DNA from: Gemmatimonadetes bacterium 13_1_20CM_4_69_16
GTDB lineage: Bacteria > Gemmatimonadota > Gemmatimonadetes > Gemmatimonadales > GWC2-71-9
Assembly (NCBI GenBank): GCA_001919865.1
Contig: MNIR01000051.1
Span: 91,920 to 155,919 of the forward strand
DNA: 64,000 bases
Direction: 5' to 3'
The notes below the pieces were generated by a model. That model was not told where the DNA came from, ran no database searches, and saw only the letters and a list, made by a program, of their open reading frames with translations. Positions 31,254-38,902 of the stretch are shown piece after piece; the first letter of the stretch is position 1; every line of letters starts with the position of its first letter. A program made the position numbers and the translations under genes.

Positions 31254-32511
31254 GGTGTGGGCGGTGGTGCGGCGGGAGTTCGTCGAACGGGTCCGCAAGA
31301 AGTCGTTCTGGGTGATGGCGCTGCTCGGCCCCTTGTTCTTCGCGGCCGTCTTCCTGATGCCGCTCCTCATGTCTCGTGGCGGCGGCGTCAAGCGCCTGGC
31401 GCTGGTTGACCGGACCACGACCACGCTCGGCGCCGTCGTCGCGGCGCGGCTCGACTCGACCCAGCGGTTTTTCGTCGTGCGCCGCCTGTCGGGCGGAGCG
31501 AGCGTGGAAGATTCGCTGGCGCGTGAAGTCGGGCTGAAGAGCATCGATGGGTTTCTCGTCCTGTCGGACTCGCTCACCCAGACGGGCGTCGCGCAATACC
31601 GGGCCTCCAACGTTTCGTCGCTCGATGATATCGGGCTGTTGCGGGAGACGCTGGGGCGGCTGGCGGAGCGCGCGCGTTTGGAGCGCGCCGGCGTCGATCC
31701 GACCATGGTGGCTCGGGCCCAGATCCGGGTGTCGCTCGACACCAAGAAGATCACCGGCGGACGCACGACCGAGGAGAGCGCTGGCCAGTCGTTCTCGCTC
31801 GCGTATTTCATGATGCTGATCCTCTACATCTCGCTGTTGCTGTACGGCGTGCAGGTCATGGGTTCGGTGATCGAAGAGAAGACGTCGCGCGTCATCGAGG
31901 TCCTCGTGAGCTCCCTCAAGCCGTTCCAGCTGCTGCTCGGCAAGCTGCTCGGCGTCGGCGCGGTCTCGCTGGTGCAGTTTGCGATTTGGGGCATGTCGGG
32001 CCGACTGCTGCTTGGCCAGCGGGCAGCGCTGGTGAGCCGAATGGGGGGTGTCGACCCGGAGGTCGGCCAGGTCTTCCAGGTTCCTCATGTGTCCGGCGCG
32101 ACGGCTCTCGTTTTCATAGCGTTCTTCCTGGGCGGCTTCTTCCTGTACTCCGCGATGTTCGCCGCCGTCGCCGCCACCTGCTCCACCGAGCAGGAGGCGC
32201 GCCAGAGCCAGGTGCCGGTCACGGTCCTGATCATGATCGCGTTCTTCGGCTCCTTCGCCACGCTCGCCAACCCGGAGTCGCGGCTCGCCGTCACGCTGTC
32301 GCTCGTCCCGTTCACCTCGCCGATCGCGACTCCGGCGCGGTGGGCGGCCGGCAATCTCTCGGCCCTGGACGTGATCGCGTCGCTCGCGTTGCTGCTGGCG
32401 GGGACCCTCGTGGTCACGTGGATTGCTGCGAGGATCTATCGCGTCGGAATCCTTATGACGGGGAAGCGGCCGAACGCCAGAGAGCTGTTGAGGTGGATCA
32501 GGACTGCCTAG
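31246..32511 (+). CDS. ABC-2 type transporter permease (NatB-like)
   Basis: 421 aa. N-terminal TM, a large extracytoplasmic loop, then a 5-6 TM bundle. Overlaps the ATPase gene by 8 nt. Confidence 0.8.
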   Translation: MRRVWAVVRREFVERVRKKSFWVMALLGPLFFAAVFLMPLLMSRGGGVKRLALVDRTTTTLGAVVAARLDSTQRFFVVRRLSGGASVEDSLAREVGLKSIDGFLVLSDSLTQTGVAQYRASNVSSLDDIGLLRETLGRLAERARLERAGVDPTMVARAQIRVSLDTKKITGGRTTEESAGQSFSLAYFMMLILYISLLLYGVQVMGSVIEEKTSRVIEVLVSSLKPFQLLLGKLLGVGAVSLVQFAIWGMSGRLLLGQRAALVSRMGGVDPEVGQVFQVPHVSGATALVFIAFFLGGFFLYSAMFAAVAATCSTEQEARQSQVPVTVLIMIAFFGSFATLANPESRLAVTLSLVPFTSPIATPARWAAGNLSALDVIASLALLLAGTLVVTWIAARIYRVGILMTGKRPNARELLRWIRTA

Positions 32512-32512
32512 G

Positions 32513-33048
32513 CAAGGCAAGAGCTAGACGCACAGACGCACTGCGGTAAGCAGAGACGGCGAGTAAGCGGGGTACGACCTGCGCCAGAATGATGCCGCAC
32601 GCTGTCCCTCAATTGGCCATCTTCGTAGCGTGCCAATCCACCACACCCTCAAGGCGTGGCAACACGCGCAGCGACTTGCCGTCGAATGCGCCAAAGCCGC
32701 CAACCGGTTCCCGGACTTCGAGCAGCAAGCGCTTGCGGACCAGCTGCGACGAGCCTGCTACAGCATCCCGCTGAACATCGCAGAAGGCACGACCCGGAAG
32801 GGGACTCGGGACTATCGCAAGTTCCTTGATACGGCGTGGGGCTCTCTTGCCGAGGTCCAGACAGCGCTCGCCATCGCGCGGGACGTAGGCTATCTCCAGC
32901 TCCCCGAATTTGCACGGCTGGAGGCGCTGGCAACGGAGACGAGCAAGACTTTGTTCGGGCTCCTTAGAAAGATCAGTCAGGCTTCCGATCGGCCCAAATC
33001 CCACTGACTGTTCGGTGCGGTGCGCCTGCGCGTCTAGCCTTTGCCTTG
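32513..33048 (+). repeat. Inverted-repeat cassette (about 40-nt arms) enclosing the four-helix-bundle gene. Same repeat family as 47879-47980.
   Basis: Core arms 32523-32553 and 33008-33038 are complementary at 23/31 positions, plus 4 G-U on the + strand. The outer extension 32513-32521 / 33040-33048 adds 8 Watson-Crick and 1 G-U pairs. The left core is 27/31 identical to 47882-47912. Confidence 0.7.
32630..33007 (+). CDS. Four-helix-bundle protein (23S rRNA intervening-sequence protein / Avd-like family)
   Basis: 125 aa, GTG start. 'LKAWQHAQRLAVECAKAANRFPDFEQQALADQLRRACYSIPLNIAEGTTRKGTRDYRKFLDTAWGSLAEVQTALAIARDVGYL' matches the family hallmark (...lr.qi.RaavSi.sNIAEG..r.s..df..fl.iA.GSl.El.t.l.la...). 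Confidence 0.88.
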   Translation: MPIHHTLKAWQHAQRLAVECAKAANRFPDFEQQALADQLRRACYSIPLNIAEGTTRKGTRDYRKFLDTAWGSLAEVQTALAIARDVGYLQLPEFARLEALATETSKTLFGLLRKISQASDRPKSH

Positions 33049-33070
33049 GGTGTTCACTAAGCTTTTTAGA

Positions 33071-34939
33071 ATGTCCTGTGACTACGATGTTCTGGTCGTT
33101 GGCGCCGGTCATGCCGGCACCGAGGCCGCTGTTATGTCCGCGCGCCTCGGCGCGCAGACTCTGCTCCTCACCTCCAACCTCGATACCATCGGCCAGATGA
33201 GCTGCAATCCCGCGATCGGGGGGATTGCGAAGGGTACCGTGGTCCGCGAGATCGACGCGCTGGGCGGCGTCATGGGCCGCGCCACCGACCGCGCGACGAT
33301 TCAGTTCCGCATGCTCAATCGGTCGAAGGGACCGGCGGTGTGGGCGCCGCGGGCGCAGTGCGATCGCACGCTGTACCGGCGGTCGGTGCGACAGTTGCTC
33401 GAGACGTTTCCGCGTCTCGAGCTCGCGCAAGGGATGGTGACGCGGCTGCGCATCGACGGTGCGCGTGCCAGCGGGATTGAGACGGCCGACGGGCGTGGCT
33501 TCACCGCGCGGGCGGTGATCCTCACGGCGGGTACGTTCTTGCGCGGCCGAATTCACCTCGGCATGGACACGCAGATCGCGGCGGGTCGGGCGGGCGATGC
33601 GCCCGCGGTCGATATAGCGCAACACATTGAGTCACTTGGACTTACAGTGTCGCGCTTCAAGACCGGCACGCCGCCCCGCGTGGACGGACGGACGGTCGAT
33701 TGGTCCCGGGTGGAGCGCCAGGACGGTGACGGGATCGGGTACCGTTTCTCGTTTTACGAGCGGGTCGAGCTGCCGCCTCAGCTACCGTGCTGGATCACGT
33801 GGGCCGGTGAAGCGGTGAAGGACATCATTAGCCGCCACCTCAAGGAGTCGGCGCTGTACGGCGGCGCGATCGCCTCGCGCGGTCCGCGCTACTGCCCGTC
33901 GGTCGAAGACAAGGTCGTCAAGTTCCCCGACGCGAAGCGGCATCAGGTCTTCCTCGAGCCGGAAGGGCTCGACACCCACGAGCTCTACGTCAACGGGCTG
34001 TCCACTTCCCTGCCCGTGGCCGTTCAACTCGAGTTTCTGCACGCGGTCCCTGGTCTCGAGCGGGCGAGGATGACGCGCCCGGGATACGCGATCGAGTACG
34101 ACTACTACCCGCCCACCCAGCTCACGCCGTGGCTGGAGACGAAGGCGATCGAGCATCTGTTTTTCGCAGGTCAGATCAACGGCACGACCGGGTACGAGGA
34201 GGCAGCAGGCCAGGGCGTCGTAGCGGGGATCAACGCGGTGCGTCGCCTGCGGGGCGAGGAGCCCGTGCTGTTCGGTCGAGACGAGGCGTACCTCGGCGTG
34301 CTGGTGGACGACCTGGTCACGCGCGGGGTGGATGAGCCCTACCGGCTGTTCACGTCACGATCGGAGTTCCGGCTGCTGCTGCGGCAGGACAATGCGCTGC
34401 GCCGCCTCCTCCCACTGGGGGAGCGGCTGGGCCTCCTGACGTCGGCGGAGCTGAGCGTTGCCGAGGGACGCTTGCAAGACGAGGAGCGGCTCCTCGCCAC
34501 GGCGCGGACCACGAGCATAACTCCCCGCCAAGCCGCGCCCGTGGTTGGGCCATCGGGGACTGAACTGGCGGAGCCCACGCGGGTGGCGAGCGTCGTGCGT
34601 CGACCGGGCGTGTCACTGCGGGGGCTGCTGGAGGCGGCGGGCGTGACAGTGACGTGTGACGACGGCATCTTGGCGAGCGCGGAGATCGAGCTCAAATACG
34701 ACGGTTATCTGGCGCGCGAGCGCCAGGCTGCCGGCCGGCTCGCTGAGCTCGCCTCGTTCGTGCTGCCGGTCGAGCTTCCCTATCTCGAGCTGCAAAGTCT
34801 AGCAACCGAGGCCAGGCAAAAGCTGGATCGGGTCCGTCCCACATCGCTCGCCCAGGCGGCGCGGATCCCGGGAGTCTCCCCCAGCGACCTGCACAACCTC
34901 GTGGTCGAGACAGCGCGGTGGCGCCGACGAGTAGCGTGA
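33071..34939 (+). CDS. mnmG: tRNA uridine-5-carboxymethylaminomethyl(34) synthesis enzyme MnmG (GidA)
   Basis: ATG at 33071 (MSCDYDVLVVGAGHAGTEAA). 'SCNPAIGGIAKG', 'GPRYCPSVEDK', 'FFAGQINGTTGYEEAA'. Confidence 0.95.
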   Translation: MSCDYDVLVVGAGHAGTEAAVMSARLGAQTLLLTSNLDTIGQMSCNPAIGGIAKGTVVREIDALGGVMGRATDRATIQFRMLNRSKGPAVWAPRAQCDRTLYRRSVRQLLETFPRLELAQGMVTRLRIDGARASGIETADGRGFTARAVILTAGTFLRGRIHLGMDTQIAAGRAGDAPAVDIAQHIESLGLTVSRFKTGTPPRVDGRTVDWSRVERQDGDGIGYRFSFYERVELPPQLPCWITWAGEAVKDIISRHLKESALYGGAIASRGPRYCPSVEDKVVKFPDAKRHQVFLEPEGLDTHELYVNGLSTSLPVAVQLEFLHAVPGLERARMTRPGYAIEYDYYPPTQLTPWLETKAIEHLFFAGQINGTTGYEEAAGQGVVAGINAVRRLRGEEPVLFGRDEAYLGVLVDDLVTRGVDEPYRLFTSRSEFRLLLRQDNALRRLLPLGERLGLLTSAELSVAEGRLQDEERLLATARTTSITPRQAAPVVGPSGTELAEPTRVASVVRRPGVSLRGLLEAAGVTVTCDDGILASAEIELKYDGYLARERQAAGRLAELASFVLPVELPYLELQSLATEARQKLDRVRPTSLAQAARIPGVSPSDLHNLVVETARWRRRVA

Positions 34940-34949
34940 GTCGGTAGTA

Positions 34950-34965
34950 TGTTTCACGTGAAACG
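34950..34965. promoter_or_regulatory. parS centromere-like site 1
   Basis: tGTTTCACGTGAAACg is a 14/16 match to the consensus TGTTTCACGTGAAACA, with a perfect 14-bp palindromic core. Confidence 0.9.
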
Positions 34966-34971
34966 TCGCCT

Positions 34972-34987
34972 AGTTTCACGTGAAACG
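34972..34987. promoter_or_regulatory. parS centromere-like site 2
   Basis: aGTTTCACGTGAAACg, a second identical 14-bp core 22 nt downstream of site 1 and about 90 nt upstream of parA. Confidence 0.9.
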
Positions 34988-35073
34988 GACTCTTTACCAC
35001 AGTTGTCCCGCGACGTATATTTCAGCCCTGATTGCCGCCCAACTATATAACTCATTGTGATATAAACAGTTAG

Positions 35074-35907
35074 ATGATGTCCCGTGTGATAGCTGTCGCC
35101 AACCAGAAGGGCGGTGTCGGGAAGACCACCACCGCCGTGAACCTCGCTGCGTCCCTCGCGACCGCCGAGCGCAAGACGCTGCTGGTGGACGCCGACCCCC
35201 AGGCGAACTCGACCAGCGGTGTCGGGATCGAGCGCGACCGCATCCGACACTCACTGTACGACGCGTTGCTCGACGGCCGGCCCCTCGCGGATACTCGCTT
35301 CGCCCACGTGCACTTCCCCTATCTCGACGTGGTACCGGCGACACAGGACTTGGTCGGCGCGGAGCTGGAGCTCGTCAACAAGCAAGCGCGCGAGACGATG
35401 ATGCGGCGCGCGCTGCGCGACATCCGTGATCAATACCAGTACGTCATCATCGACTGTCCTCCGTCGTTGGGCCTGCTCACCCTTAACATGCTCACGGCGT
35501 CGGACAGCGTGCTAATCCCGATTCAGTGCGAGTACTATGCGCTCGAAGGGCTCTCGCAACTGCTCAACACCGTCAAGCTGGTGCAACGGAACTTCAACGC
35601 CGCACTCGCGATCGACGGCGTGCTGTTGACCATGTTCGACGCGCGCTTGAATCTCTGCAAGCAGGTGGCCGAGGAGGCGAAGGAGTACTTCGGCTCGCAG
35701 ATGTTCGGCATCACCATTCCCCGGAACGTGCGGCTCGCAGAAGCCCCGAGCTTCGGTAAGCCGATTCTGTTATACGATGTCCAGTCGGTGGGTGCGAAGA
35801 GCTACTTGGCCGTGGCGCAGGAGCTGATCGGCCGTGTCGAGCGCGCCGTCGCGCCCGTCTCCCCTGCCCCGCCCACCGCTGAACCGCTGCCGGAGGTGCC
35901 CGCATGA
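35074..35907 (+). CDS. parA: Chromosome partitioning ATPase ParA (Soj)
   Basis: 'VIAVANQKGGVGKTTTAVNLAASLA' is the deviant Walker A. 277 aa. Confidence 0.95.
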   Translation: MMSRVIAVANQKGGVGKTTTAVNLAASLATAERKTLLVDADPQANSTSGVGIERDRIRHSLYDALLDGRPLADTRFAHVHFPYLDVVPATQDLVGAELELVNKQARETMMRRALRDIRDQYQYVIIDCPPSLGLLTLNMLTASDSVLIPIQCEYYALEGLSQLLNTVKLVQRNFNAALAIDGVLLTMFDARLNLCKQVAEEAKEYFGSQMFGITIPRNVRLAEAPSFGKPILLYDVQSVGAKSYLAVAQELIGRVERAVAPVSPAPPTAEPLPEVPA

Positions 35908-36794
35908 CGGAAACCATTGCCGGTCGCCGTCGTCTCGGTCGGGGGCTCGAGGCCCTGCTGGGACCGACTCGCGAGCAAGCCGAGCGCGAAGGGAGCTTGG
36001 TCGAGCTGGCGATCGCCGACATTCGCCCCAACCCCTACCAGCCGCGCCGGGACGTCGACCCGACGGCGCTGGACGAGCTCAAGGCCTCGATTCTGAAAGC
36101 GGGTCTGCTGCAGCCGGTGGTGGTGCGAGCGGCCCCAGGAAACGGCGGCTACGAACTGATCGCGGGCGAGCGGCGGCTGCGCGCCTGCCAGGCGCTCGGG
36201 TGGGAGCGGATCCCCGCGGTGAAGCGCGACGTGGACGACCGCACGGTGCTCACGCTCGCGCTGATCGAGAACCTGCAACGTGACGACCTCTCGCCCGTGG
36301 ACGAAGCACGCGGCTACGAGCGCCTGATCGCTGAGTTCAGTCTGACCCAGCAGGGCGTGGCGGACGCCGTGGGACGCGACCGCTCCACGGTCGCCAACGC
36401 CCTGCGCCTCCTCAAGCTCCCGGCCCTAGTGCTCGGGCTGCTCCACGAAGGACGGCTCTCGGTCGGGCACGCTCGCGCACTGCTCGCGCTGGACGACGCG
36501 CGCGCCGTGACGGCACTCGCGAAGGAGGCGGTCGATCTCGGGCTCTCGGTGCGCGACGTCGAGGATCGCGCCCGGGGGGGCCGGGCGCCGGTGCGCCGGC
36601 CTCGTCTCAAACAAGGGCTCGGCCAGGCGCCGGAGGTGCGTCGCATCGAGGATGCGTTGCGCCGCCGGCTGGGCACCGACGTGCGGGTGACGCTGCGCGC
36701 CAAAGGAAAGGGGCAGATTCATGTCAACTTCTATTCGAACGACGACCTGGCACGCTTGCTCGAGCTGATCCTTGGAGCGCCGTTCGACGGATGA
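35904..36794 (+). CDS. parB: Chromosome partitioning protein ParB (Spo0J)
   Basis: 'IRPNPYQPRRDVD', 'GYELIAGERRLRA' (ParB box II) and 'ENLQRDDLSPVDEA'. ATGA overlap with parA. Confidence 0.95.
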   Translation: MTETIAGRRRLGRGLEALLGPTREQAEREGSLVELAIADIRPNPYQPRRDVDPTALDELKASILKAGLLQPVVVRAAPGNGGYELIAGERRLRACQALGWERIPAVKRDVDDRTVLTLALIENLQRDDLSPVDEARGYERLIAEFSLTQQGVADAVGRDRSTVANALRLLKLPALVLGLLHEGRLSVGHARALLALDDARAVTALAKEAVDLGLSVRDVEDRARGGRAPVRRPRLKQGLGQAPEVRRIEDALRRRLGTDVRVTLRAKGKGQIHVNFYSNDDLARLLELILGAPFDG

Positions 36795-37579
36795 AGCAGA
36801 AAAGCGTCACCATCGTCGTCCATAAAGATCGGGAGCTCGAGTCCCATCAGTATCGCGTGCCGCTGTGGGCGTTCGAAATGGGGAAGTGGACGGCCGCTGC
36901 CATCGCGGTGCTGGTGGTGCTGTTCTTCTTGTTCGCCGGACCGATCACGCGGAATGCCGTACGAGCCCAGTTGCTCGACCGAGAAGTGGCGCGGTTGCAG
37001 CGGGAGAACAGCCGCGTGCAACAACTCGCCGCGGCCCTGAACCGGGCGGAGGCGAACTACCAGGAGCTGCGTCAGTTGCTCGGCGTGAAGGCCCCGCCGG
37101 AAAAAGTCGTCGTGACGGCTGACCTGATGCGCGCGCTGCCCGTCCTGGCACGGGCGCCCCGCGCGCCGACGCGGTTCGAGCCCGACTCCGCGACGCCGCT
37201 CCATTGGCCGTTAGATGTTGTCGGCTTCGTGACCCGCGGTCAGGTACGGCCGGGCGATCCCGCCGAGTCCCACCCCGGGATCGACATCGCGGTGCCGGCG
37301 GGGACGCCAGTACGCGCCGCCGGTGCCGGGCTCGTGGCCCAGGCGGCCACGGATCCCGCCTACGGGCTGTTCGTGCTCTTGCGGCACACCGGCGGATATG
37401 AGACGATGTATGGGCACGCCTCGCGCCTACTGGTGCGCGAAGGCGATTCGGTAGCGTCCGGACAAGTGGTGGCTCTCTCCGGCAGCTCCGGGCGGTCGAC
37501 GGCGCCACACCTCCATTTCGAGATCCGCCGCGAGGGCAAGTCGCTGGACCCCCTCACGGTCGTGAAACAGGAGAATTGA
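36791..37579 (+). CDS. M23 family metallopeptidase (LytM-type) with N-terminal TM and coiled coil
   Basis: 'HPGIDIAVPAGTPVRAAGAG' and 'GSSGRSTAPHLHFEI' are the HxxxD / HxH motifs. ATGA overlap with parB. Confidence 0.88.
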   Translation: MKQKSVTIVVHKDRELESHQYRVPLWAFEMGKWTAAAIAVLVVLFFLFAGPITRNAVRAQLLDREVARLQRENSRVQQLAAALNRAEANYQELRQLLGVKAPPEKVVVTADLMRALPVLARAPRAPTRFEPDSATPLHWPLDVVGFVTRGQVRPGDPAESHPGIDIAVPAGTPVRAAGAGLVAQAATDPAYGLFVLLRHTGGYETMYGHASRLLVREGDSVASGQVVALSGSSGRSTAPHLHFEIRREGKSLDPLTVVKQEN

Positions 37580-37580
37580 T

Positions 37581-37991
37581 ATGGCCATCTTCACCGAGAA
37601 GGGACAGGGTGCCCCCGAAGCCGAACCCGGCCTCTCGATCATCGGGACTGGAATGCGGGTCGTCGGCGACATCACCGCCGACGGCGTGGTGAAGATCGAG
37701 GGCACGGTCGTCGGTACGGTACGCGCCGGGCGCCAAGTCCTGGTCGGCAAGGGCGGGGAAGTGGAAGGCGACGTGATCTCCCGCGAAGCCATCATCGGCG
37801 GCGAGGTGCGGGGCAGTATCCGCGCGGAGGAGCGGGTAGAGATTCAGGCTTCGTGCGTCGTGCACGGGGACATCGCGGCGAAACGCATCCTCGTCCAAGA
37901 GGGCGGTGAGATCAACGGCGTCGTGCGGATGGGCGAGACGACACTCGAGCCCGAGAAGGTGGAGAAGGCCAGCTCGCAGCGATCCTTCTGA
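37581..37991 (+). CDS. Bactofilin (polymer-forming cytoskeletal protein)
   Basis: 136 aa. Repeated beta-helix pattern 'GDITADGVVKIEGTVVGTVRAGRQVLVGKGGEVEGDVISREAIIGGEVRGSI'. Starts 1 nt after the M23 stop. Confidence 0.88.
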   Translation: MAIFTEKGQGAPEAEPGLSIIGTGMRVVGDITADGVVKIEGTVVGTVRAGRQVLVGKGGEVEGDVISREAIIGGEVRGSIRAEERVEIQASCVVHGDIAAKRILVQEGGEINGVVRMGETTLEPEKVEKASSQRSF

Positions 37992-38003
37992 GTCGTGGCC
38001 CGA

Positions 38004-38012
38004 TTATCCACA
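38004..38012. promoter_or_regulatory. Perfect DnaA box (TTATCCACA) in an AT-rich intergenic island
   Basis: A 9/9 match to the consensus at 38004-38012. A 7/9 box lies in opposite orientation at 38030-38038 (TGTGGATTG) and a 6/9 box at 38078-38086. Confidence 0.5.
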
Positions 38013-38149
38013 CGCTCAGGTTTCCGGCATGTGGATTGTTTATCTCGTTGCTAAATAGCTCTTTATAAGATTCCCCATGTGGGAATCTCATGTCAGCGTC
38101 TCTAAGCTGGCTCGATAATGTCACTATACTGCCACCATCATTGCCCCTG

Positions 38150-38902
38150 ATGCGGCTCGTCGAGCTGGCCGGCTACCTCGATACATACCTCCGAGTTGCC
38201 GACGTACCGGACGCCCCGGCGGCGCTCAACGGACTCCAGCTGGCGAACGCGGGGGACGTCACACGCGTCGCGGCAGCGGTCGACCTGTGCGAAGCGACCG
38301 TGCGGATGGCGGCGGAGCAGGGGAGCGATCTGCTGCTCGTGCACCACGGCTTGTTTTGGGGCGGGCTCAAACCGCTCACCGGCCCCGCCTACCGCCGGGT
38401 GGCGGGACTCATGAAGCAAGACATCGCGCTCTACAGCGCGCACCTGCCGCTCGATCTGCATCCGGAGGTGGGCAACAACCCGCGCCTCGCCCAGCAGCTC
38501 GGCGTCGCCGTGCGCGGCGGATTCGGGGAGGAGTACGGGGTGCTGATCGGTGTGTGGGGGGAATGGGATGGCTCACGCGGCGCACTGCAGCAACAGCTCG
38601 CCGCCGTGCTGGGCACGCCGCCGCGAGTCATGCCGTTCGGGCCCGAGCAGGTGCGGCGGGTGGGCATCGTCACCGGGGGAGCGGGCTCGTTGATCGCCCA
38701 AGCTGAGGCGGCGGGACTCGACACCTACATCACCGGCGAAGGCGCGCACCACACCTTCTTCGACGCCGAGGAGCTGGGACTGAACGTGTTCTACGCCGGG
38801 CACTACGCGACTGAGACGCTCGGCGTCAAGGCGCTGGCGGAGCACCTGAGCGCGAAGTTCGGCCTGCCCTGGACGTTCCTCGACCATCCCACCGGCCTGT
38901 GA
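38150..38902 (+). CDS. Nif3-like dinuclear metal center protein (GTP cyclohydrolase I type 2 homolog)
   Basis: ATG at 38150 (MRLVELAGYLD...) inside track ORF 38090..38902. 'DLLLVHHGLFW', 'LYSAHLPLDLHPEVGNN', 'TGEGAHHTF'. The start at 38090 is not excluded. Confidence 0.85.
   Translation: MRLVELAGYLDTYLRVADVPDAPAALNGLQLANAGDVTRVAAAVDLCEATVRMAAEQGSDLLLVHHGLFWGGLKPLTGPAYRRVAGLMKQDIALYSAHLPLDLHPEVGNNPRLAQQLGVAVRGGFGEEYGVLIGVWGEWDGSRGALQQQLAAVLGTPPRVMPFGPEQVRRVGIVTGGAGSLIAQAEAAGLDTYITGEGAHHTFFDAEELGLNVFYAGHYATETLGVKALAEHLSAKFGLPWTFLDHPTGL

Noticed and set aside
32630-33007. The four-helix-bundle gene as the Avd component of a diversity-generating retroelement
   Set aside because: No reverse transcriptase ORF, no template/variable repeat pair and no adenine-mutagenesis signature lie within reach. 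The flanking genes are an ABC-2 permease and mnmG.
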